From Eukaryota sp. GEM-RC1 (lineage: Eukaryota): a stretch of DNA of 64,000 nt. The notes under the pieces were generated by a model. That model did not search any database, was not told the DNA's origin, and saw only the letters and a program-made list of their open reading frames with translations. Made by a program: the position numbers and the translations under genes. Of this stretch, positions 48,114 through 59,665 are shown piece after piece. Where the stretch lies: positions 124,001-188,000 of the forward strand of contig JAUFOQ010000016.1 in assembly GCA_040285855.1 (NCBI GenBank), written 5' to 3'. Every line of letters starts with the position of its first letter. Within the stretch, counting starts at the first letter, position 1.

Positions 48114-50276
48114 ATGGGGATATTCACCCAAAATGAAAACTACTGTCGCTCAAATTGCTCTACAAATCCTCACATGGACGATCTTCCTTCTCGACCAGCA
48201 CCTTCTCCCCCGCTTAGTATTTCCACTCGGTCACCTCCTATAATGACTGGAGTGTGTCATCCTTCCCCAAATGCTACACCTACCTCTCCTATACGGAAAC
48301 TCCTAAGTCGCTTTTCATCCATTAAAAAGCCCAACAACGGTGGTCATTTTTTCACTCCTGCAGGGGGCTCGAAATCTTCATTTCTTACTTCAAACCATCG
48401 CCCGGAATCCCCTCTCCACAGCAAACCGTCCTTCTCTTGCTCCTCGCCTTTCCCTTTGTCGTTTCTCTCCATCCCTTCTACTTCCCTCTATCCCAACGAA
48501 GAACTTCTTCTCTCAGTTTACTGTGACCTCATAGATGCCGGCCATTTCATCCCCGGCAACCTCTCCATCACCACCTTCGCTGTCCGATTCTGTCCTTCTT
48601 CCTCGATGTTCACCAAGGCGCTTCTTCTTCCTATTTCTTCAATTGAAAACATTGCTTCCAGTAGTGTTGAAATCAGCGTGTCAAAAGTTCCTGTTCTGGA
48701 AATTACCACCAAACTAACAACCATCATCAGATTACACTTTGAGACCCTCAAGAAAGGATCAAAAAGTCAAGGCAATTCTGACCGATCACGTGCTCTTCAA
48801 CTGATTTCTTCTCGAATGGATCCTTCCCAGCCCATTTCTTGTCTTTTCGCCTTTAACCTTTCTCCTTCTTCATTCTCTCTAAACTTAAACGGATGGCACC
48901 TCTATGATCCTCTCCGTGAGCTCAAACGTCTTGGTCTAGTCTCACGAAACTCCACCTTCAGAGTATCCCATGTCAACGCTCACTACGAGGTTTCCTCCAC
49001 CTACCCTAAACTTCTAGTTGTTCCCAAGGCTATGTGTGATGAGGAAGTTAGATCTGTGGCTCAGTTTAGAGTTAAGGGAAGACTGCCTATCTGTGTTTGG
49101 GTTCATCGTCCTACTAATGCTTCGTTATGGCGATGTTCTCAACCTAGAAGTGGTATTGTTTTGACTAGGAGATCTCCAGCGGATGAACGGTTGGTGTCAG
49201 CTATTGTTGATAGCGTTAACGGTGGTGTTCAGCTTCCGAAAGAGGAAGGAGGTGAAGTTGATTTGATCGATGATGATGTGTCTGATAATGACTCAGTTGC
49301 ATCTTATGATGAAGGTAAACCAATCGAATTCGACTTGCCTGAACTGCCTGTCTGTCAGAAACCAGTCTTAATCATCGACTGTAGACCTAAAACAACAGCG
49401 ATTGTTCATGGTTTCCTTGGAGCTGGTACTGAAGGATCTGTTTATTGTAACACTCAGATTTGGTTTGCAGATATTCCAAATATTCATGTTATTCGAGATT
49501 CTTTTAGGAAGTTACGCTCTTTGATTGATGACGAGAGAACTTCCGGTTTCGCAAGATCAGCTGGAACTGCCAAGACTCTGAGCTCTTCTTCTTTAGCTGC
49601 TCCCGTAGTCCTTCCTCCTTCAGTAAGTAACGCCGTCTTTAAAGACTCTCGGTTTTTAACTGCCCTAGAACAAACCAATTGGCTTCGTTTTATTCAGTTA
49701 GTCTTGGCTGCAGGTACTGTCTGCGCTCAGAGTCTTTGTGACGGAGTACCAGTAATTGTTCACTGTACCCATGGATTTGATAGAACTTCTCAGGTGTGTG
49801 CCATTGCCCAACTCCTTTGTGACTCTTACTACCGAACGTTTAATGGTTTTGCAGTGCTAGTGGAGAAAGAGTTTGCCACGTCAGGACATCGATGTGCCAC
49901 AAGACTTGGATTTCCTTCTGACTGTTTAGACGTTGGACAACGAAGTCCGATTCTAATTCAGTTCTTAGATTGTGTGTATCAAATTGTCACTCAATATCCT
50001 AGTTATTTTGAATTTAACGAGGAGTTTCTGCGTGCGGTCGCAGTGCTGTCACATGCTGGCAACAGTGGAACTTTCCTATTTGATTGTGAAAAGGAACGTC
50101 TTTTGAACGATGCTCCGAATACTACGGTTTCTCTATGGACTTTATTGGACATTGATCGTTCCAGGTATATTTGTTCTAATTATTCCCCGTCTAACTCACC
50201 TATTTGGCCTAAACTGGGTTCAATGTATGTAAAGCTGTGGAGGGAATTATATCTGACTATGGATGTAGGCGAATGA
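48114..50276 (+). CDS. Myotubularin-family phosphoinositide 3-phosphatase with a PH-GRAM domain
   Basis: GWHLYDP..E..RLG, TYP..LVVP, FRVKGRLP, RCSQP, IDCRP, IPNIHVIR.S, VHCTHGFDRT, YYRT..GF..LVEKE, SPI..QFLDCV.Q. Confidence 0.92.
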   Translation: MGIFTQNENYCRSNCSTNPHMDDLPSRPAPSPPLSISTRSPPIMTGVCHPSPNATPTSPIRKLLSRFSSIKKPNNGGHFFTPAGGSKSSFLTSNHRPESPLHSKPSFSCSSPFPLSFLSIPSTSLYPNEELLLSVYCDLIDAGHFIPGNLSITTFAVRFCPSSSMFTKALLLPISSIENIASSSVEISVSKVPVLEITTKLTTIIRLHFETLKKGSKSQGNSDRSRALQLISSRMDPSQPISCLFAFNLSPSSFSLNLNGWHLYDPLRELKRLGLVSRNSTFRVSHVNAHYEVSSTYPKLLVVPKAMCDEEVRSVAQFRVKGRLPICVWVHRPTNASLWRCSQPRSGIVLTRRSPADERLVSAIVDSVNGGVQLPKEEGGEVDLIDDDVSDNDSVASYDEGKPIEFDLPELPVCQKPVLIIDCRPKTTAIVHGFLGAGTEGSVYCNTQIWFADIPNIHVIRDSFRKLRSLIDDERTSGFARSAGTAKTLSSSSLAAPVVLPPSVSNAVFKDSRFLTALEQTNWLRFIQLVLAAGTVCAQSLCDGVPVIVHCTHGFDRTSQVCAIAQLLCDSYYRTFNGFAVLVEKEFATSGHRCATRLGFPSDCLDVGQRSPILIQFLDCVYQIVTQYPSYFEFNEEFLRAVAVLSHAGNSGTFLFDCEKERLLNDAPNTTVSLWTLLDIDRSRYICSNYSPSNSPIWPKLGSMYVKLWRELYLTMDVGE

Positions 50277-50312
50277 GAAAATTCAAAATTTGTAAATATT
50301 TTAGGCAAGGTT

Positions 50313-52081
50313 TTATTGTCCAAGCTGTCGAAACACGTTTGTTATACAACTTAGGTCGAATTCCAACGCGGAAAGGAAATTTGAATTGTCAATGTTTTCG
50401 GATTTCAAATTATCAGTGTGAGTTGAAATAATTGAATAAAATTGATTGCATAACATTGTCATTAATTCTCCAGAAGATGAAAAGGAAGTGGAAATACTTG
50501 AATTTTCATACAGTTTTTGAACTAAAACAGGCAGTTCAAAGAGAAAATCTGTTAACACAGAACAAGTTTCTGAAGGTGTATGCGATGATAAATCAACACC
50601 TTTGCCCAAATCATTTAGGGAAAATTGAATTTTAGAATACAATATAATCGAAGCAACACATCGATATTGTTTAGTTAGGAATTCATCAACAAACTTTAAA
50701 TAATGTTCGTTTTCAGATTTCTGTGATAACACTGTTTCTAGTGCTTCAGTTGTGTAAAGAAATGAAAAACTCGGATTAAAAAGTGAGTTGGTGGATTGTT
50801 TGAATAAATTTTGAAATTTGTGACTTATTGACCAATGGTTTGAAGCATTTAACAAGTGATTCAGTTTCCTGATCAAAAATTTCAAAATCAACAGTATTTG
50901 AATTTAAAAAGAGTGGAATCGACAAATTACAAATGTTTGTGAATAATTCCGTTACATTTTCAAAATACTGCACCATTATAGTAAACATCAGAGGCATTAA
51001 AAGACCGTCAAAAATTAGAGTACCAACTTCTAAAAATAGTAACAACAAATCGTTAGCAGACGTTCGAATATCATCAAATAATTTCTCAACATTTAAAATT
51101 GACCGTAAAGATAAATCATCTAGAAAGCAACTCAAACTGTAAGTGACTTTCTCCTCAATAAAACATAAATTTTTGGACTTTAACGGATCACAAAGAAGTG
51201 TCAATAATGATGAAATATTGTCATCGTTTTTCAATATTTCTGAAAATTTGGGTATGATTTTCATCATTGTCTGCGACGTTTTGATTAATTGGGTAATACC
51301 CATATTTGGCAATTCAAAATTGGAAAGTACATTGATTAGGGTCAAAACACGACAATCATCGGAATTGGAAGGAAGACATTCAATCAAAAAGGCATAATCA
51401 ATCAAAAAATCGGGAATAGTTTCGAAATAATACACACTCGAAGATTTGAATTTTCTTGACAAATTATCACTTAGAATTATGACAATTGTTTCCAGTTAAT
51501 TTGGAACTCATGTTCAGCTTATTTAAAATATTGCTGGCGAAAATTAAATTATCACGGTCTTTGATCGCAATACAATCACCAACAATTTTCAAACTTTTCG
51601 AAATAACTTCTGTCTTCAATTGGGATAACAAAGATGAATACTTTTTGACGTCACTATGGGACAAATACCCAAGCGAAAGAGATTTCGAAAGTGATTTAGC
51701 AACGTCGACCGCTTCAGTGAGATTGTTGAGTTCAAAACAGCCAGTAGAGAAGTTTGAAAGTAGGGAAGAAGCTTGGGCATAGAGCTGTGGGAGCTGAGAA
51801 GAGATACGTGTGGTTTCTTGAAGGTTGATTCCCTGTTTTTGGACAGATATTAGCTCTGATAAGGTGTTGATGTCGTCATTGAGTGATGGTATAGCGGGAA
51901 AACCACAAGACGTGAGTGCATCAGCAGGCAGTGTGGAAAGAGACTTGTAGGTGTCAGGAATTGTCTCTAGAAAGCCAAAGACGTTACCATGAAATTGAGA
52001 GTGGCACTTGGAGATGGAGGCAGAAGAAGATGTGAGAAGTTCTTCGTACTCTTTGCTAAGTTCAGCAAGAGAAGAAGCCAT
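50313..52081 (-). CDS. Hypothetical alpha-helical protein (stitched from three ORFs; possibly a tethering-complex subunit)
   Basis: Contiguous same-strand ORFs with heptad-rich, Leu-rich composition and no diagnostic motif. Confidence 0.45.
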
Positions 52082-52399
52082 TGGAGTAAATTGGGTTGTG
52101 TCTTTTCGAAACTCAAAATACACTGTATCAAACTGCAGCAATTTATAAACGGTCTATTTGTACAAAGAAGTACTCACTTTGCCTTAAAAAAGACGATATT
52201 GTATGGTACAAAGAAATCTGTTAACCCAGTTCAGAATATCAGCAATTAGCTCATAAATAAACAGCAAAGACACTCTCAGAATGAAGCAAAGACACCGACC
52301 AATCAGGATTTAATTATTACGATTTATTTTCAATCCAATAACGTGACGTGGAATTGGGTCAATATGAGCCTGTCCAAAGACTATGTTTTAAAATTGTAT

Positions 52400-53146
52400 T
52401 TACATTCTTTTGCTCAAAACAACTGGAGGCAACTGTTGATGATCACCTGAGGTCGCATCAGTACAGTTTTTTAATATTTTTGCCGGTAACCTCCAGCAAT
52501 CGCTAAAGTGGTGAAAATGGCATCAAAGCTATCTTTAATCCATTCTTCCTCTTTGTCGCGAACATCATCAACTGTTGATTTTTTTGGCGTGTTGATCAGT
52601 TTTAGAATCTCGGATTTCTTTTTCAATAATCCTCTTGGATAGCAAGAAGTCTGCTACTTTAGGATTGGGCCCTATTTGAGTAGTTATTCTCAGGAATCGT
52701 TGTTGTTGAACTGAAGTCGATTCCTCCAACAGCTTCAGTAAAATAACTTCAACAGCATTATTAGATGGAGCAGCGATCCATATTTTAATTCCATCATTCA
52801 ACAATGATAGTATCAATTTGACAATGGTAGTTGTTTTACCAGTGCTAGGAGCGTCATGGATGAAAAATAGTCCAGGATTTGTTCCAAGATTTTGTCTTAT
52901 TAAGTGCGTAGCTTCAAGTTGTGAATTATTCAATCCACGTAGAAATTCGGAATTTGGAGATAAAACTTTTCCAAGCACAATATCAAGTTTGGTATCGGTT
53001 ATTCCCACTTGATTCTTTATTGGTTCAGGGACTTTCAAATCAATCATTGGCGCAATTTGTCTGATGTAATTGCTCATTCTAGATCTTGGCGAGTTAGATA
53101 CAATGGACCTCAAAGTGGTATTATTCTTGGTGTAATTCCGGAACAA
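52400..53146 (-). pseudogene. Upf1/DNA2-like SF1 helicase fragment
   Basis: LNNSQLEA, degenerate Walker A HDAPSTGKTTTI, AAPSNNAV. Motif GDHQQLPPVV at ~52418-52447 lies out of frame. Confidence 0.75.
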
Positions 53147-53982
53147 TTATTTAATCCAGCTTGAACCTGGATTAATGACCATTGTTTTTATAACGAGGGA
53201 AAGTCACGGGGACGTGTTCATGGAGCTGAGGATAAGTGGTGTCCTGCAGAGATGTTGGAAATCACTTTTGATTGGATTAGTGCGTATTCAACAATTTGTT
53301 CCCTTAATAATACTAACATCCGTCTAGAAGGAGCTCTTCCCAGATTGGAATGTGATAATTATTGTCTTGTTTTTGTTTTATGCACTCTGACAGCGAATTG
53401 CAAATGGTCTAATTAATGTTGTTTTTGTTTTCTTAAATTTGCTTAATCCAAAAAATCTTCCTGCGATTCATGCGTTCATTCAATCAGTTTATAGACAATA
53501 GGAGTGATTAATCTGGTAGCTACACCGCAGCTCGTACTACTTCGATTGCCAAAATTTACAAAGTTGAGTTAATGAAAAGGAGTCATGCTTACCAGATATT
53601 GTAGTCCCACACTGACATTTGCTAAAGTCATTGATGTTAAAACATTTGACATTTCTATTTGTATCGATTTTTGTTGCTGTAGCAGTAGATCTTCGCCAGT
53701 GCCTTGTTATTTCACGTTAAGAATTAATGCCAGAGTATGGTGACTTGGACTGTGCGATTTTTGCATGAACTATAGAGTCTTTTGTACAGAATTGTTTATG
53801 ATTGATAAGAATTGCAAACTGTACAAACAGAATATTTACTGTTACAAAACACTGTTCCACTAGTGTGAAGTCCGTTTCTGTTAGAAATATATAATGCTGG
53901 TCAAAGATATAGGTACATAATCATGAAATAACAAGTTTTATTAACAATAACATTAAGTACATGTATCGCAATTATCGTTCAT

Positions 53983-55417
53983 CTACAAAAACTCCTGTTC
54001 GTCCACGTCTGATTCCTGATCATCGTCATCGTCGGCACTGTCACCTTCATCAGAATGTTGAGGTGGTGCGAGTCGAAAATCTACACAATTAACAGTTACA
54101 TCAATTTCAGTAATTGAAGAATTAACTTCCATGACTTCAGCTAAAGTTGTTGCACCTTCAGGACCAAGAGGGTTTCCACTTAAATCAAGTATAGTTAATG
54201 TAGAATTGATTTTCAGCAATTCGGCAAATGCAAATGCTCCTTCGTCATAAATCACGTTGTTACTTAAGATAATCTCTGTAACAGTAGAATTAGTCTTCAA
54301 GGCATTGGCCAATGCGATAACCCCTTCACCTCCCATGGAATTATCATGTAAATAGAGCTTCTCTAAGGTGATATTGGTCTTCAACGTTTCAGCTAAAGCA
54401 ATGGCTCCTTCAGCACCAATGCGGTTACAATCTAGGAAGAGTGAAGTTATATAACTAGTGTCGAGTTAAGTTGCAACTTTATTGGCGACGAAGGAATAAT
54501 CGCCTTGGCAGAAGGTTTGAAATGCAATTCTACAATTTCAAAACTTAATTTAATCCACAACGCTATTGATATCGAGGGTGGAATTGCACTTGCTGAAGCA
54601 TTGAAGTTCAACTCCTCCATTGTAGAATTTGTTTTCAAAGCTTCAGCTAAAACTTTGACACCATCAAGAATTCTTTTACCAATTTTGGCACCCGCAAATA
54701 AATTTCCACAATCAAGATACTTGAGGTTCGGGCAGTAACAAGGGGACGATGACTTAAGAAAATCAAAATCTCCAATACGTTTGAAAGTGAAACTTAATCC
54801 CGCAATGATCTGAGAATACTTGGCGAAGTTTTTAATTTGAGATGGATTAGCTTCAAGATAGACGGATCGAAGTTTAGCACCAAACAAGGAAGCAAAGAGC
54901 GAAGTGCAGGAAAACCTTCACCAGCAACAGCAAACGAATTCCCTTCGAGAAAGACTTTAACTGAGAGGACAGTAGAATCTAAGAAACGTTTGCTAACGTA
55001 ACCAACCTTGGTAAATATGATGGGTAATTCTTCCTTCACAGTATCTGTATCATAGGAACATCCACTACAAGAGAGTACCGAAGTCAGCATGTGGGAAATG
55101 ATGGGCGTCAACAAAGATTGTTGTAAAACAATAGTCTTGGACGGGAGATCGTTTATGCGAGAGTTTTTCAAGCAATCATCTGGTGTTAAACTGACAAGTA
55201 CGTCATCTACCTCACTTTTGGCTTTAGAACGCCTTCGACCTGAATCATTGACTGATGGATTGGTTTGAGTCATGTGACGAAAGGAATTTGTCCCCTTAAC
55301 AGATCTATCCAGATTAATGTTGATCGATTTTCCTCCTTCTTTCCACATTCTTTGGATGTTTACCCATGGACCTGAAGTATAGTCTCGGATCTCTCCTGTA
55401 GCTGTAGCGATAAGCAT
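53983..55417 (-). pseudogene. LRR family gene with a frameshift and an internal ~160-bp inversion
   Basis: Family N-terminal domain plus minus-strand LRRs. Segment ~54451-54611 encodes LRRs on the plus strand. Confidence 0.8.
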
Positions 55418-57407
55418 TGATCCAAAACCTGTCTTCTTCTTAGAGTTTCGTCACTTTAACAGCTCTTAATGCGACAAAATAAGCCTGTCCGTTCAATACA
55501 TGCTAGTAGATGCGACGCTGAAGACCCAACTTTTCTCAATTCTTCTCGATTCCTCTCTTCATCTCTTCATTGCAACAGTCTTATCGCGTTGACACACTCT
55601 AGCATGTCAATCCATTCCAAGGAGTAGCTCATTTCAAAGATGTCTTACAAACTTTGTCACAGACTTTGTGTCAAATAGCGCAACGCGACTTCTCGCCACG
55701 TCGACGTAGATATTTGCCATGTCACGTCATGTTGACTCTGATCTCTCCAATTCGTGACACGTCATGACGTAAATATTCCTCACTTCTCCATTCATTCGTT
55801 TCTTGATTACAGATTGTCGTAGCCTTAGTTCTGTTATATATCATTTATATAAATTAGTCTCTAATGGATTGATGTACATTTATCCCACCAAACCACAACT
55901 TTTTAATTCGTTTATAGGTCTTAAATTAAAGTCAGTGTATTTGAATTTTCTAAACAACTAATTTGTAGCAACTAACACGATTTAAAGTTTAAACACAACA
56001 ATGAACACTTCTACTGATCTTTTCTTAATTCAGGTCATTTCTCAGACGATACATCTCAATCAATTTGAAAATGGAAAATCCAAATTTGGCTGTCGTTATT
56101 ACATTTAAAACGTGGACAAAAATTTCCGTCTGATTAAGAACATAATAAAGAATGTGTAGAAAGAGTTTCGGATTTATGTTTTGTAGCATTGTGACGTAAT
56201 GAGACGTGACGTTAAGTTGACTTGGATCTCTGGGAAGTCAAGTCAAGTCGACTTGGTATTTCTAAGTTATGAAGCATCATTTAACAAACCTACATATAAT
56301 CCTACACTTAAATTAAGTGTCGTGGAAGTACATGTTGTACAAAAACTTGATACATGTACTTTGATTCAAGTTTTTATGGGCCATTAATTCTATTTAGACT
56401 GTTGCAATTGCCCCATCTATTAGATTTTTTGCATGATTCAGCTTTTCAGTGTAAAGTTTACACTGAAAGACCCCTAATAAACAAGGATTAAATTTTTGTA
56501 GTGATTTTGACGATGTTCAATATTGTTGCTCCCAGCACAACAGTGTTCCTTACTGACGTTCATTCACACCAAGTTGACATCGACAGAGGTCTGCTTTGTA
56601 TACATCATTATGAAAATGTTCAAATGTTGCACTAAACCACGGTTTCAATTGAAGTGTTTTTTTCATTGTTTTTTTGAAAGAACTGATACTTATTTGATTT
56701 CGACTCTCTGATGAGGTGATCGAGTCTAATGCATTACGGCTCCCTTCGACTTCTTAAAAGAAAGTGAAGTAGCAATTGCTTTAGCTACGGTTAAAATTGA
56801 TTTCTTTCGTTACACGGATTCTACTTCTACTATTGATGAAGGAGTAACAACTGTAAGTGAAGATTTGTTACAGGGTTCAACTGTTTCTGCAGATGACTGA
56901 GGACTAAATTCGACTGTTCGTACATCAAACCAATATTTACATACACTTTAAAACTAGCAGATTTAATGTTCTTATGTTATATATGGATTATTTTTTTGCA
57001 ATACTTTACAATATAAACTAATTTGCAGTACATTCTAGATATTAAACACCAACAAATTTCTGTTCATGCTCAATTTGTCGTTCTGTGTATGTAAATTTCA
57101 AGCACGTACCGTTGTGACTTGTATTTTGTAGCACTAAGAATAATTATGATGCTTGACTTGTTACCGTTAATCAAAAGCTCAAATCAGATCGATCCGTACT
57201 ACAAGATCTTTAAAAATCTAGATACACGTACATTAATTGTACATCATTTTGATTCGTACTCCAAAGTAGTGAATGAGAGTCATTATCCTGAAAGAATATG
57301 GTCATAAATTGTGAATATTCATCCTTCGAAAAACAAGTCCTGCTGGTTGTTCAACACAAAATTGAAAAACGACTTTTACATATAAACCCAATCACAAATA
57401 TTCATAA

Positions 57408-57953
57408 CTAATAACGTCTACAGATAATACCAGCAGGCTTGATGAAATGTTTACGTTCAAACACACGTTTTTCAAAACCGGTGACATCGACCATGACGTG
57501 AGATTCATCTTCAGCTACATCTCCAAAAGCAACAAGGACATTGTCTTTGGCATAGAATATCTGAGCTCCAGAAGGTCCCTTCTTGTTCACCCAAACTTCA
57601 ACTTTGTCTTCTTTGTACTTTATGGTGCCGTTCAGCTTCATGGTAGAGACGTAGAGGTTAGAGAGGGGGAACATATGTTCAGTCTCAACACACATAGTCT
57701 TCCCTTCAGCATCAAAAACTGACTGCATGATACCTTTAGGGACGCCAAGCTTATGGATGTAGGAAACGGAATTCACACCACCGCCAATGACAGCGTACAT
57801 TTTGGCTCGACCGAATCCGTCTAGGTTTTGATCGACATCAACGGTGGCATAAAGATCGACGTCTTCGCCGTGAAACTTGAAAGTAAAACTATCGGGGAGT
57901 TTAAAGGCCTGGGTGCACAACAGCACCGTAAAGCATATGAGAAGTAGTTTCAT
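57408..57953 (-). CDS. Secreted hypothetical protein (~181 aa; possibly ependymin-like fold)
   Basis: Signal peptide MKLLLICFTVLLCTQA, beta-rich body and C-terminal F..P..C pattern. Confidence 0.55.
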   Translation of the reverse strand: MKLLLICFTVLLCTQAFKLPDSFTFKFHGEDVDLYATVDVDQNLDGFGRAKMYAVIGGGVNSVSYIHKLGVPKGIMQSVFDAEGKTMCVETEHMFPLSNLYVSTMKLNGTIKYKEDKVEVWVNKKGPSGAQIFYAKDNVLVAFGDVAEDESHVMVDVTGFEKRVFERKHFIKPAGIICRRY

Positions 57954-59129
57954 GTAGAGGAAACGAATCAGATTCAGTTTCTGTTCGACCACTCATTTTT
58001 GCTAGAATCTTGACAAAACTGTCTGTTGCTTGTCTGAGTTTTTGGATCGGTTTCATATCGTCATTGGCAAATCATGACCTTTTCTTAAGCGCGATGCACA
58101 ATCGTCCGTCTCTGGTCTGTAATTGTTGTTTTTAACACATCGTCTTGGCTGTTACGAAGTCAGCAACTTCTTCTATTCTCTGAAATCGTCCTTCAATGAG
58201 TGTATCGTACTGTAATGTACTCTGTCGTCGTGCTAGTCAAAGTGTTCTATTTTGAGGATGCTGTAGAGTAAAGAGTCTGTAGAAATCAAAGAACGGTACC
58301 AGTTTACACAGCTTTTCTTGGCTGTTAGAACAATCCGATATTCAGTAAAACTATTTCCTTCAAAAAGACAATTAACCGACTATTAAGCAGTAAAGTCCCA
58401 AAAACTACTGAAACTCATACCATTCTTACTCCTACAAGAATGTTTTCATCATTAAAGACTATTTTTTCTGCATCAATGATATCTAAATTGTCAAGTGTAT
58501 GACTTCCTCAAATTGAGTTATGTGTTTGGTATACTAGTAGACATTATGAACAACATCCCACTGCTTATTACTAAAAGCATGTCACTTGTTATAAGATAAG
58601 AACCACTAGTTCCCAGAAGTTGGACAGCCTTCAGCATTCAAGTACCAGTGACTAAGACAGATCTAAGTTAATTTTAACGGTCAACATTGAGTTACACAGT
58701 AAATAACAATAATGTATGCCATTCAAATTGTGTGAAATATTAAAGAATTAAATTGTTCGACTCTTATATGAGATTGACTGGTTCTATTGGACATCAGAAG
58801 TAAAAGTAAAAGATCCCAGTCTGCTTTGAAGAAGTAAATGATGAAGGAGAGTATAATTGTTTCATTGTTCTTTATGTTGATAGAATAAATGTACATATTA
58901 GACTCTCTATATGTACTTAACAACAGAAATTTTCCTTCATGTCTTCTTACTCTTTCTGATTTAAATTTAGTATGAGTTAATTTATGGTTTCAACTAAACT
59001 TCTTCTGTATACGCACGTTTCTCTTCGGTTATAGGGGTACAACCTTTTTGAGAAACGATCAGTTCAGGGAAATATTCACCAGACAAGTCAAGATTCTTGA
59101 GATCGCCTTCAACTTGAGTGGCTGACTTG

Positions 59130-59580
59130 GACCTTTTCAGTTGATGAAACTCTAACATTAATCGATTCAGGTAGAATGTATCGGTATTTCAACAGGGATT
59201 AAAAACAACAAAACATGCATATTTTTCTTCAAAAAATAGAAACTGATTCTTTATCATCCGCATACTTAACATAATATCTTAATGTTTAGAGTTTCAGTTA
59301 ATGTATTGGTACCTTCACCACCAATAGACTTAGAGCGAAGGTCAATCTCAACAACTATGGAATTTATTGTTAAGACCTCAGCAAAAGCATCAGCACCTAA
59401 ATCACCAATAATGTGATTCAAAGGTCAATCTTAGTATTTGTAGAGTTCAGCTTGATAACCTCGGCAATACCTGTGGCACCTTCAGAATTGTTATTAAGGA
59501 AAATCCGAGTAATTGTACAATTCAATTTCAACACCTCAGATATTAACTTTGCTCCTTCTTTAACAATAAAGTTGTTTCTA
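59130..59580 (-). pseudogene. Decayed LRR gene remnant
   Basis: Reads IGDLGADAFAEVLTINSIVVEIDLRSKSIGGEGT at ~59310-59410 amid stops and frameshifts. Confidence 0.65.
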
Positions 59581-59665
59581 TGACCATTCAGTTATGTTTC
59601 AACAGCAAACAAATATATCATTAAATATTTATTGAAATTTCATATTAAAATACAAATAATGCAGA

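Noticed and set aside
52400..53146. Upf1-like helicase as part of the Fanzor island
   Set aside because: It is separated from the island by two host genes, its Walker A is degenerate and it is internally deleted. I treat it as an independent pseudogene.
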